A stretch of 64,000 nt of DNA, from contig CM102283.1 in the NCBI GenBank assembly GCA_046563655.1, forward strand, positions 1,116,001-1,180,000, given 5' to 3'. Below the pieces are notes generated by a model. The model saw nothing but the letters and a program-made list of their open reading frames with translations. It was not told the origin of the DNA and ran no database searches. Position 1 is the stretch's first letter. Each line of letters starts with the position of its first letter. Origin of the DNA: Yuukianura sp. NJ FZ-2021. Its lineage: Eukaryota. A program made the translations under genes and the position numbers. Positions 39,766-53,113 of the stretch are shown piece by piece.

Positions 39766-41241
39766 CTTAAGTAATCTAATGAACCTTGACCTTTGACCTC
39801 AGCTTGAAGCAATGAGTTTATACTTCCATTTTTGTTTATTTAGTAACCTTCCATTTCAGGTTTCAGTGAAAACATTTTTTTTAATGAAAAAACTTACGGA
39901 AATTGTAAAAATTATAAATTCTTATAGAACGACTTACTAGTAATTGAAACTAAACTTTGATTGGAAACTCATAAAAATAAAAAAAATTAACAAAACAATG
40001 CTCGTAACTGAAATTTTATTAACTGTATTATCATAACACTATTCAAACAAAACGTAAACTAAAAACGTAAAAAAAATTGAAAACAAACCCTACATACAAG
40101 CTAGAAATACGGCATTTAAAGCTTAAGTGAACATTTATATTGTGACACTGTTAAGAATCATGATAGAAAGTAGGTGTATAGGAATGTTGGCATTCTGTTC
40201 TTTCCATCTCCTGGAAAATGCTAAACGCACAATGAGGGGGAGGCAAGTAAACGTTATTTTTGTAAGATTTCAAAATTAAGTTATTATACTTTTTCAAAAC
40301 AAAAGAATTACTGGAAAGATTACTGGGTTGCTTCATAAGGTGCACAATAATAATGGTAGCCAAGATATAATTTTATTCTACAAGAAATTTCAAGGTTTAT
40401 ATGTGAGAAAGCGGATGTTTTAAACTGAGAAAAATGAACGGACAAAAAATTATTTTTACAAGGAACTTAAAATTTCCCTAAATCGTAAAAGTATGATCAC
40501 GAAACGAGCAAAACAAATTCTTGTGTTGAATGTGAAATTTGTGTATATTTTATTATGTATCATGTGTAATGTATATGTTTATCTAACTGATCTAAAGCAG
40601 TTAAAACGTAGAAAGTAAGGTACGGTCGGAAACAAAACAAATCACATGTATTGCAAAACCAAGTTCTAATGTAAGGTCAATTTTCATGTAATTTCCCAAT
40701 TCCCTTGATACCATCTTAAACGCTTGGTGGCTTGGTGCTTAACATTGGGAAATTTTCTTGTAATTGACTTTACTTACGTTCCGCCCTTGAAATTTTCCTC
40801 TTTTTTTTTTACAAATGTTTTTAATTAAGACCTACAACAATATTTTTTTTAAATTTTTGGAAATCCAGAATTACAACTGAAATGTTTTGTTTTAATCAAT
40901 TTGGGAACTTTTTTCCCACACAAACGGAAAACAAAGTGATAAACTCATTAAAATTTGATTTAAAGCTAATTTTCTCAGGAATATAAGGTAACATTTATTC
41001 CATGCTATGAATAGCAGTTCTCGTTGTAAAGTTGGGTATAGTAATAGGCATCATAAATTATTCTAGAAAAACTGATAATGTGGAATATATAAATCTCGAA
41101 ACAGAACATTTTCGCAGTCTACTGGCAGTGCAGTATTACTGAATATCAAAACGCTTGGTTACTCTACTAAATTGCGACGAATTGTTAAACGTCAAACAGT
41201 TGAAAAGTTTTTGTTCTACTGATCTTTGAAGTGCGTCAAAA

Positions 41242-44200
41242 ATGAAAGGTGACAGCAATTTATACAAATATTCCTGATAATATTATTTATTAATAAAAAA
41301 AAATTCAGAGGAATAAGTTTTGTAAATAATTTGTTAAGCAACCCAGAATGAGTAAAAGATACAGTATTGTTCACAAAGAAGTAGGCTCGAATATGAATGA
41401 GATGGAAACATTTTTGGGAAGTCTACTTTTGTGTGAACAACCTTGTACATAAGCTGCAAGCTTTCTAGAATGACATACATTTTTAACTTAACCAAAGCTA
41501 ATTTGGGAGTGAGACGCAAATTAGTGTTGAATATTTCGAAATCATTCAACATTTCATTTGTACATGTTAGGTGCGGAGTGCTGGGTAACGTTGGCTAGGT
41601 GCGACGCGGATGCATGGGCGGCGACGGTGCTAGCAAGGTCAATTCGAAGGACTCTTACGACACGGGCACTCACAATTGCTATCTCTGAAAACGTCTCGCA
41701 ACCTATGAAGTAAAATTTTTCTAGTTAATTAATTTAATTTAATTATCTTTAGTGTATTTTCCAGTAAGTTCAATTCATACTGAACAAAGCCAGCTAAAAA
41801 CCACAAAATGAATTTTAGCACTAGGATATACAAACATAGAAATTTCAACTTTTCGTAATTTTATACATAAATACATAGATTATACAGTATAAAGTATCTG
41901 GAAGTTTAACTGAAATTCCTTTTCTATAGGGTTCTGTTACAACTGGATTTTGATTCCGTCATACGATTTGAATCAAGCGAAGTAGGAAAAACGGGAAGTG
42001 AAATTTTGTGGCTATGGAACTTGCGGAATTGGGGAAAATGTGTCTACATCGACCCATATTCTTTCGTAAGGATTAAATATTTTTAGGTGACAGCTAGTTT
42101 TTTGATTTTAGCACACATAGATACTCAAATTCTTCTCAGTACGTGTAAATATTACAATGCATATTTACGGAGGCTTTTCAGTTTCATATTCTAATGTAGG
42201 TAAGCAAGTATTCCGATGAATTATTTGAAATGCCAACTTTCTCGGCGGTCGTAACCCGGAACCAGACGTCAAAATATTCAACAGACATCTTCGTCTTCAC
42301 CCCGAGTACTCGGGAATTCGACGCACTTGTGGATTGGATCAATTCTGACGGTAAAAACTGTTCAATGCTTAAAACATTTCTATTCTGAAGAAATTTTACA
42401 GAAAAGAGTCTTACCCGAGTTAGTTACTGTAGGCAGGGGTTAACCGGAGTTTGATTATGCTAAATTTAGTTGATGCTAATGCGATACTCAACACTCACTA
42501 CAAACACTTGCTTCCAAATCCGAAACATCATATTCTACCGTCATATTCGCTGAGTTTGAAAGAGCCCGTCAACAACACAAGGTACAATGCGTTGTATTTT
42601 ATTTGTTGGAACTTATTATACAGGGTGTGGCACATAAACGTATACGCCTGAAATGCGTTGCTACGGGCAACTTGACCCAAACTGTTTAACATGTGGGGGA
42701 AACAAATACTCCCTAAAGTGTATCTCCCTCATTGATGGAAATTGGAAAAATTCCATAATATTGTTTTTTGCAAACACCATCACATCTTCTAACTTTCTAC
42801 AGAAGGACTTTTGGAAAAAGTCAGGATTAGGCTAACAAATTCACTAAAGTGCATTTTCCTTATTTATGGCTAATTTAAAAAATTCCAAAATATTGTTTTT
42901 GTAACACACCTAACTTGTACAGTATACTTTTGGAAAAAGCCACGACTGTGCTAAAATATTCCCTAGACTGTTTATTTGCTATAATTTCGCCGCATAATTC
43001 CTTAAATAAACAAAGAAATTATTTTCCCAGTGTCTACTTTTAAGTGCCACACCATGTATATAAAGATATCTTTAAATATGATTGTAAAAACAAAAATATT
43101 TTTATATAACAACTTATTTTACAGTCTCACGGGCACGAATGTCACCATTTTTGGCGAGTTCTTGTGGAAGAAAAGCTGGAATAATCATGAAATTTTTTAT
43201 AAATGGACAGCAACATTTGTACATGAAGTGATTCCTCAAATCAAACAACTGAAGGTAACAAACATTATTTAAACAATTTTGTAATAAAGCAAGTTCACTA
43301 GATGAAAGCATATTTCGGAAATGTTGGTAAATTTCCGTCAATGGACAGGCAGACAAAGAAGGCCGATACGTAAAGTAGCTTTCGCTACTTAGAAATTTAT
43401 ATTGTACAAGAATATTGTTAGCTCGAATGAAATTTAATTAAAATTAACAGAACCCAAGTCACGTAGAAACACTGCTCAAGTCGCTCCACGAAAATCAACT
43501 TCCTATTGCTAATGGTCCGGCCACTACTCAAACACCAAATTTAGAAAACTTTGGCTACTTGAACAACTCAGTTGCAGTAGTGGGCATGAGCTGCCGATTT
43601 CCTGGTGCTAACAGCGCAGATGAATTTTGGGATTTACTCGTCAGTGGAAGAGATCCAGTTCGAAAGTATCCGTCCGATCGTCCTCGGCCACCCAATTACA
43701 CTCTGGAGAACGAAAAGACATTTGAGGCAGGATTTTTAAAATGTCTAGTTGATGAGTTTGATGCCAAGTTTTTTGGAATCAGTCCCCGAGAAGCTCCGTT
43801 TGTGGACCCGCAACAACGTCTTTTGCTGGAAGTAATTTGGGAAAGTCTGGAAAATGCGAACATAAATCCACTGGGCTTGCGTGAAAGCAAAACGGGAGTT
43901 TTTGTTGGAGTTTGGCAGCAAGAGTATGATCTTCACTTTCCAGATACAACATTCAATGCTGATGAATATCATCATCGATACTTGGGAAATGCTTTCAGTG
44001 CAACTGCTTCTCGAATTTCACATTTTCTTGGACTCTATGGACCAAACTACGCCATCGAGTATAAAATTAATTTCCAATAGACTGAGAAAAGTTGAAACTT
44101 GTAATAACTTTGATTATTTTTTTTGTAGAAGCGGTTGTTCAAGTAGTTCCAGTGCTGTCCATCTTGCCTGTCAGAGTCTGCGCAGAGGTGAAAGCACGGT

Positions 44201-47200
44201 TGCAATCGCCAGTGGCGTAAACCTCGTACTCCATTTTGTCAACCCCTTGCTGGCGACGACGGCGACGCTGTTGTGCTTTCCAGTGATTTTAGGTGCAAGA
44301 CATTTGATGAGAGGTAACAAACCCGAACATAAATAGACATAGATTTGGATAGTTTTAAAAAAATACCGGAATGTTGATAAAGAAGTAGCAAAAGATGAAC
44401 TGCAGTGCACCGGGCCGTAACGTAGTGCAATGTACACAAACATAACGCTGTGTAGCCGTCACGAAATAAGGGTTTCCATTATTAACGAGATGATTACAAA
44501 ATAATTGCGGCTGACTTTCTAGACAGACAGACGACAAACGGACAGAAAGTCTCGACTAATATTAAGTAGCTTTCGCAACTTAATAAAGAAAAATAACATT
44601 TCATTTGAAAAAGAACTCATTTCATTAAAGTAGAAATTTTTGTATTTTTTTTAGAGCTAATGGGTTTGTACGTGCAGAGGGTTGTGGCGCGGTCGTGTTG
44701 AAACCGTTTATGAATGCCGTACGTGATGGTGACAATATCATTGGCTTAATCCGGGGAACGGCGTTGAATAATGATGGCCCAGCTACAAGTTTTGGAACAC
44801 CAAATGCGAGAGCTCAAGAACGTGTTTTCCGAGACGCTTTGAACGACGCTGGAGTAGCACCTAACGAAGTTAGCGTCGTTGAAGCTCACGGAACAGGAAC
44901 AGTTGTTGGAGGTTAAATTGAATTTTTCTCTTTCTAGTCTAAATTGTAAAAAAAAATGGTCAATTTTAAAAAAAATTCAGATCCAACCGAAATGTATGCC
45001 ATCGGCCAAGTTTACTCAGAGGGACGCAGTGAGCCACTCTTGGTTAGCTCAGTGAAGACGAACATTGGACATGCAGAGGCGTGCGCAGGAATGGCTGGAC
45101 TAATCAAAATTCTGCTGTGTCTTAAGCACAAACAAGTCCCACCACATCTTCATCTTCAGAATCTCAATCCCAGGATTAACTTGGAAAACATTCCTGCAGT
45201 AATTCCAGTGAAGGTTACTGATTGGATTGCAGAAAAAAGAATTGCAGCGGTGAGCTCATTCAGCATGAGCGGCACCAATGTGCATCTCATTGTTCAGGAA
45301 ACTCCAAACGGCATAACTTCTTACGTCAAACCCAGCGTAAAGCCGTTGGAAATTATTGGAATTTGTGCCAAATCGGAAGAAGCTCTGGAAGCACTTTGTC
45401 AAAAGCACATTGCTCACTTGGAAGCAAATCCGAACCTTAGCATCAGCGACATCGCTTGTACTTTGAACACAGGCAGAGCAACAATGTCTCATCGTATTGC
45501 TGTTGTTGCGAAGGATACAGCACAACTCGTTGCGAAACTACAGAGCAGGTCGTACGCAAACGGAAAAGCTCCAACACAAAAACCAAAAGTAGTTTTTCTA
45601 TTTACGGGTCAGGGGTCACAGTATTTTGGCATGAGCAAAAGTTTATATGAGACTTCATCTGTATTCAGAAGTGCTTTGAACCAATGCGATATAATTTTCA
45701 AGTCACACTTAAACTGCTCCCTCAAACACGTTCTTTGGGAAAATGATGCTATGTTGCAAGAAACAATTTATTGTCAACCGGCAATATTTTCTGTAGAGTT
45801 CTGTCTCGTCCAGCTTTGGAATTCATTTGGAATTTATCCTGACTTTGTCCTTGGACACAGCGTTGGTGAGTTCTGCGCCGCAGTGTGCGCAGGTCTGTTG
45901 TCATTGGAGGATGCGATGACACTAGTTATTGGCAGAAGCAGACTTGTGGATTCACTTGAAGGTGGCAAAATGATGGTAGTCAAAGGTACTCCAGCCGAAA
46001 CATGTCGCCTGATCCAAGCATTTGCTGCTCACTCAAGCAACGGTTGGATAGATGTCGCTGCTGAAAATGCAATGGAGGAAGTTGTAGTTTCAGGAACAAA
46101 GGAAAACGTTGAAGAATTTGCTTCGTTCTGTACATCGCATGGACTCAAAACACAAGTCATCAGCGCTTCACATGCCTTTCATTCTCGTGAAATGGACCCA
46201 GTTTTGAATGAATTTGGACAAATAGCATCACAAATATCACGAGGAAGTCTCACTTGTCGATACATTTCTGGAACTTTGGCGCGAGAACTGAATGAAATCG
46301 ACTTTGATGGTTCTTATTGGGTGAGACACCTTCGAGACACTGTGAGGTTCTACGACGCCGTGAATCACGTAAGTCGATTAACTGAAGAACCAAAAGTATT
46401 TGTTGAAATTGGAAGTCAGCCGGTTCTATTGAGCTTGACGATGGCCAATCTACCTAACACTTCAACTGGAACATTCTGTCCTTCACTGCGCAAAAGTGAG
46501 GACGACCTCATGTGCATTTTGAGCTCTTTGTCCAAAATGTTTGTGGCTGGCGTAGAAATATCTTGGGATAAATGGTATTCAGGAGCCATAAAAATTTCCT
46601 TGCCGACTTATCCGTTTCAGCGCCAAAAATTTTGGATTCGAAATGAAGACGACGGAATTCCACTTTCTCCACTGCTTCATCCATTACTTGGACGTCACAT
46701 GCCATCTCCCGTGTCTGATCAGGTTTATGCGCAAGTGCTTTCACCTAAAGAGTTAAAGTACGCATGCGATCATCGTGTAGCAGAAAAATTATTCTGCCAG
46801 CCGCCGCTTACCTTGAAACAATCATGGCGGCTGGTTGTCAAGTTTTGCAGGGCGGAAAAGTCCATGTGCCATTCACTGTTGAAAATCTCCAAGTAGAAGC
46901 TCCGTTGGAACTCACTAAATCCTGCCAAGTTCAAACCGTAGTGCGCAGTCTCGGGGAGCAAGGTGACTTCAAATTTGAAATTGGGATCCACAAACAACTT
47001 TCCCGCGAAAATTTAGACAAATGGAAAAGATATGCTGTTGCCGTCTTTGGGCCCAGCTTGGATGTGGCCACCCATTCTACTATGGAAATTCATGAAATTC
47101 AGGAACGCATGACCCCGACGGAGTCAGTTGCAGAAGCATATGAAGGAATTGCAAAAGCTGGAATCCAGTTTGGACCAAAATTTCAGTCAATCGTTCAAGC

Positions 47201-50200
47201 ATGGAAGGGTGGCACGGAACTACTAACTGAGATTCAAATTCCAAACGATTCGCACTCATACATTTGTCATCCAATTGTTTTGGATGCCATGATTCAAACA
47301 TTTGCACTCCGTACGGCCTTGCTTTCTACTGAAAAACCAGAGCTCCAACTTCAGCTTCCAGTACAAATCAAAAAGTTTACTTGGTTTTCACGAGAACCTT
47401 CACCAAAAGTCTATGCCTATAGTACCTGGAACGCCGATTTGCAAAGTCAGGGAACCGTTTGTCTTCTGTCTGAAGCTGGGGAGACATTAGGTGTAATGGA
47501 GGGTCTGGAACTAGTTGTTACCACGGTAGCCAACTTCCTCCGTGTGCTGAACACTGAAACCAATTTATTACCCGGATTTAACGAAGAAGTCTGGAGACCC
47601 ACTAGCGGAATTACACGTAACAGACTAGATCCAACGCAATTTCAACTCCGGTCGTCAAAACATACTGAAGCAACAATGGAATTCATTAATTCAGAAATAG
47701 AACCTGAATTAGAACAGGCTTTGGTAGTTGTCAACAACATCCTTGTTTGTTATCTACTTCGCGGAATCATTGAATGTCATTGGCCTTGGCCAAGTGTAGG
47801 CGGAACAATTAAACCTGAGGACTGGGCTGCCGTAGCTCCGCATGGCTTACTGATTGCCAAAACTCCGAAATTGATGGAACTTCTAGAAATTCATAATTTC
47901 ATGAAACGAGTTGACGACAACACGTATGAAATTCTCAAAAAAATACCTTCCTTGAAAGAACTGGAAGACAAAATTGAGTTTGAATTCAAAAAGGATGCCA
48001 AATTGATGAAAGAAGGGACCTTCGGATATCAGTTTGCCAAAAGAACTGGAAGGAATTTTACAGCGGTTTTGGCGGGATCCATTTCTCCAGTCCAGTACAT
48101 GTTCTCAGAAGATACTAATGACGTCACAGGAGCCACATTTCATGCGGAAGGTTAACACTAAAACATAATTATAATATAATTAATATAATTAGTCAAATTA
48201 TTTCATTTTATATTCAGCATTTGGAGCTCGTGAGACAGCTGAGCTAGCAGCTAGCCAACTAGTTGATTTTGTGATTTCCGACCAAAAGAGCTCAGGAGTG
48301 CTAAAGATACTGGAAGTTGGCGGTGGTTCTGGCGCAACGTGTGGATTTGTGATTGATAGATTGCAACAAGAGAACATTCCATTTCAGTACACGTTTACAG
48401 ACATTTCACCACTATTTCTGCATGAAGCAAGCAAAAAGTTCACTAAAGGAGTGTCTTTTGCGGTGTTCAACATCGAAAACGATCCGATTGGTCAAGGATT
48501 TTGTCCAGAAGAGTTTGACGTCATCATTGCAACTAACGTGATTCATGCAACGGCCGACATTAGACAAACCCTGCGAAATTTGAATCTCGTACTCCGTAAC
48601 AACGGACTTCTTATCATCGCTGAAACATTTAAAGCACCGGATTATTTGGTGCTCACCTTCGGATTTTTGGACGGATGGTGGCGTTTTGCAGACGACAGGA
48701 GAGATTCTCCACTGTGTACTGCGCAGCATTGGAAACTGGCATTTGAAAAAGAAGGATTTGGTGACATAGAAACCAAGCATATACTTGGTGTATATTGTGG
48801 AACTGTAGTTGGACGGAAAGTAAAACATGGGCCACAAGAAGCGGCTGATTCAAAGACGTGGCTTTTTGTATCAGATGAATCCGAACTAGAAAAAATTTTA
48901 AAACAAAAAATTAAACTAGCTGGACGGAAATGTTTAGAATTTTCAGAAGATGTTCCTCAAGGCCTTGAGGGAGTCATGTTTCTCTGGACTTCTCCGACAG
49001 TTTACGAAGAAAATCAGTTGAAATGTCAGCAACTGCTTTATTTTTGTCAAAACTTTGTATCGGCATATCAAGATTCCAAAACTAAACCCAAATTTATTTT
49101 GGTGACACGCGGGGTTTACTATATAGGAGATGCAGGACCCGGGAATCCAAATTCATCAACGAGTACGTCGTTTGTGCGAACGTGGGCACACGAACATCAA
49201 GATTTCAATATAGCTTCGGTTGATCTTGACCAAGATGAGGAGAATCTAGAACGAGAAGCAACCGAATTGTTTGCAACGATTTGCTCCAAAGAAAAGGAAA
49301 TGTTCAAGGCTATTCGCGAAGACAAAGTCTTTGTCCAACGACTTGTTGCTTTGAATAACAAAAACTTGGCAATTCCTTTGCCAAACTCAAATAGATTCAA
49401 AATCGTCAACCCACCGACCAAAAGTATAAACGATTTGCAAATATCGGTTGCCCCAAGAATTGAACCAGTGGAGGACGAAGTTGAAGTTGCAATTCGTGCA
49501 ACAGCACTTAACTTTCGTGATCTCTTTGTTATCCTACGTCCAGAAGGATTCGATCTTCCAGATGACATCATCTCAGATCCGGGTTTGGATATCGCTGGAA
49601 TTGTGTCAGCAGTTGGACCAAAATGTTCCAAGTTTCAAATCGGAGACGAAGTATTTGGATATGTTCCAGGCGGAGGCTTAGCATCTCATGTTGTAGCATC
49701 TTCACAAAAATTAATTCGGAAACCAAAAGAAATGACTTTCACATCCGCTGCAACAATTCCTGTAGCATTCCTTACAGTTTACTATTCATTTCACGAGTGC
49801 GCAAAACTTGCCGTTGGAGAGAGTGTTCTGATTCATGTAGCCACAGGCGGTGTGGGTCTCGCAGCAATCCAAATGGCAAATATTATTGGCGCCGAAATTT
49901 TTGCAACTGCGGGAAGTAAGAGGAAAAGAGCATATCTGAGATCAATCGGAATCAAACATGTTTATCACTCCAGGAATACGGATTTTGGCGAAGAAATTTT
50001 AAGAGACACAAACGGAGCAGGAGTAAACGTTGTGCTAAATTCCTTGACTGGACCAAATTTCAAAGAAGCTTCGCTCAAAACTTGCGCTCAGGGTGGTAGG
50101 TTTGTGGAAATAGGGAAAGTTAATACCTTCACGGCAGAAGAAGTGAAGAGTCTGCGCCCTGATGTGAAATATTTTCTAATAGAACTTTCCATAACTACTG

Positions 50201-53113
50201 CAGAAAAAAAAGAGGAATTGGATCAACTCTACTCGGCAGTGGAACAGGAATTTGAAAAAGGCATTTACAAAGGACTTCCGCATGATACGTTTTCTCTGGA
50301 TATGATTCGAGAAGCTTTTTTCTACTTTCAAGAAGCGAAACATATTGGGAAAATTGTGGTCACAATTCCAGAACCGAAGGTTTCTCCTGACGGAAAAATT
50401 TATTTCCAAAATAATCTTTTCAATTCACAAAGTACTTATCTCATTACTGGAGGTTTGGGTGGCATCGGAATTGAAGTTGCGAAATGGATGACCAAACTGG
50501 GAGCGCAAAACATTGTTGTCGTTGGACGAAATCCACCAACCAATAGCTGTCAAGAAGTTTTGAATCAGATGAATGCTGGAGGTTGTCGCGTATTAGCTGT
50601 ACAAGCTGACATTAGTGCGTACGAGGAATGCGAAACATTGCTGCAATCAATTGTAGATTTGAATTTTCCACCACTTCGTGGCATTATGCATGCTGCAGGA
50701 GTATTGTCAGATGGAATTGTGATGAACCAATCGTGGGATAAATTCGAAGCAGTTTTTGCACCAAAAGTCAGAGGAACATGGAACTTACACCAATTGACTA
50801 CTGGTTACGACCTGCAATTTTTCACAATGTTTTCAAGCATGGTGGCAATTCTTGGACTTCCTGGACAAAGTAACCATGCAGCAGCAAATAGATTTTTGGA
50901 CTCGTTTACACACTACAGAAATTCCATTGGACTTCCTGCAAACAGCATAAATTTTGGTCCCTGGTCAGACGTGAGTCATTGTAGTTTATATCTATAGGCA
51001 ATATTTTGTCAATAGCTATTTGTTGTTTACTCCTAATAATTAGGAGTAAACATTCACACTTATTGTGAATGGTTCCATGCCATTGCTCCGAATGAATTGC
51101 TACGACACATTTTGCTCCGAAAGGTAAATTACTCCGAAAGTCAGATTGTTCCGAAATAGTATTGTTTACTAACCTAACATTACCTGGTGCCTTAATCGGG
51201 GAAATTTACCTTTCGGAGCAATTATTTTTGTGGCAATTCAATCGGAGCAATTGGGTGCTTCCATTGTAAATCGGATTAAATTTTATTTTTTAACGAAATT
51301 TAAGAATAAAAACAGTTGGGCTAAAAAACTGTTTTTGATTTGGTAGATCGGAGTTGCAGCAAATCTTAAAGCAGCGGAGAGTGGTATACTTGGCATACGC
51401 TATTTTACTCCATCGCAAGGTCTAAATTCAATTGAAAGAATCCTTCGAACACAGCGGCGTCATGTAATGGTGGCGGAAATCTGTGATTCTAACAGCCTTA
51501 GACAACTTTGTCGTTTGGGAAACTATTTCAACGAAATGAAACTGCACGTCACTCAAAGCGGAATTGGATTGGAGGCATACAAAGCCATAATTGACGACAT
51601 TAAAAACTCAGCTCCGGAAACACGCCAAGAAAAAATTGAAGACTTTTTGGAAAAAGCAATCAAGGAAACATTACGAATTCCTGAAAACGAGCAGTTGGAT
51701 CGAGACCAAAATTTTTCTGAAATCGGAGTCGATTCACTCATGGCAATGGAACTGCGCAACCGCCTCCAAGGAATGTTGGGAGACAAGCAACTGACTGTAA
51801 GTGCTCTGCAGGAAAACCGAACCATACGAACCTTATCGGCCCATATGGCCCATCTTATGAACCCCGATGCATCGGTCGTTTCGGTTGAAGATTTGGTGGC
51901 GAAAGATTTAATTTTGGATCCTGAGATCCGACCCACGTCAAAACCAGCTTCAAAACCAAGCGAATTCAAAGACATTTTGTTAACTGGAGCGACGGGTCAT
52001 TTGGGGGTCAACCTTATCCCGATGCTGCAAAATGAAAATCCAAATTTAACAATTCATTGCATTGTGCGCGGCAAGAATTCAGAGGAAGTGGAAAGCCGCT
52101 TGAAGGAAACTCTTCAATTGTATTCTCTGCTTGAAAAAGTCAATTTTCAAAAAATTCGAGTTTTTGCTGGAGATTTATCCAAAACCAGTTTCAATTTACC
52201 TGCAGAAGAATACAAAGAATTGGCAGAGAAGATTGACGCCGTCCTACACTGTGCTGTTAAATCAAACCATTTAGAGGAGTACAACTCATTCGGTGAAGGG
52301 AGTTTGCGCAGTAACAATGTTGGGGCTACAGTAAACGTTTTACGTTTTGCTTGTACAGGAAATACTAAACCTGTTCTCTATGCGTCGTCGTTGCTAGCGG
52401 CGACTAGTGTAGCGGACGACGGCTCTTTGGCAGAAGATTTTCCTACCGTTGGTGACGTTGGGTCGTCCATTAAAAATGGCTACACGCTTTCAAAATTTGT
52501 TTCCGAAAATCTGATGTCGCAAGCAAGTGAACGTGGAATTCCGGTAACAGTCGTACGGTACGCAAGTATTTTTGGAAACAGTTTAACCGGATTTGTTCCA
52601 ACCGAGAAAAATCATGTGTGGGGAATCCTCTCTTCTTGCATTCGAGTGAGGAAATTTCCTACTATGGGTCAAAATGGAATTCCAATTATGGCGGTTGACA
52701 CTGCGGCGCAAGTCACTGCACAAATCTTCTTACGAGATTCGATGGAGACTGGAGTCTACAACTTGACAAGTTCATCTTCAATATCCGAAGAGGGCATTGC
52801 ATCTGTGTTTTCAAAATATGGAATTGAAGGGGAATTTGTGACGCTCTCGGAATGGCGGGATTTAGTTTTTGAAGAACTTGACAAAAATGAGCTTGGTCCA
52901 TTTGTTAGCCTTTATGGAGACGATGAGAAGACGCAGACGCTAAGCTACCTTGGAGTTCATCCTCTGGCAAACCAAATCTCTGCTCTGAAGTTTAATTCTG
53001 TCAGTGACAAATTACGACGAAACTGTCCAGATTTTGAGAAAAGTATTGTTCCAATTGACAAACTTTTAGGACAACATCTTGAGTACCATTATGAACTTAC
53101 ACGAAAGCATTAA
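41242..53113 (+). CDS. GT8(glycogenin-like)-KS-AT-DH-cMT-ER-KR-ACP-R polyketide synthase, copy 3, with two 1-bp homopolymer indels. Exons 41242-41248, 41571-41709, 41930-42065, 42200-42350, 42470-42581, 43125-43254, 43451-44058, 44129-44313, 44655-44911, 44981-48150, 48218-50970, 51347-53113
   Basis: Same structure and motifs as copies 1 and 2. Frameshifts only at ~44243 (C run) and ~46785 (A run). Confidence 0.82.
42621..43056. mobile_element. Tc1/mariner-like MITE in intron 5 of PKS copy 3
   Basis: TIRs cagggtgtggcac / gtgccacaccatg with flanking TA. Absent from copies 1 and 2. Confidence 0.8.

Noticed and set aside
31600-46800. Programmed ribosomal frameshifting at the PKS ORF breaks
   Set aside because: These breaks are at different positions in different copies, and the other copies read through in frame. 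Homopolymer error or mutation is simpler.
12677-53113. PKS region as bacterial contamination or a multi-gene operon
   Set aside because: The ORF breaks correspond to conserved GT-AG introns or homopolymer indels, the introns hold eukaryotic MITEs, and the repeat units include host transporter exon fragments.
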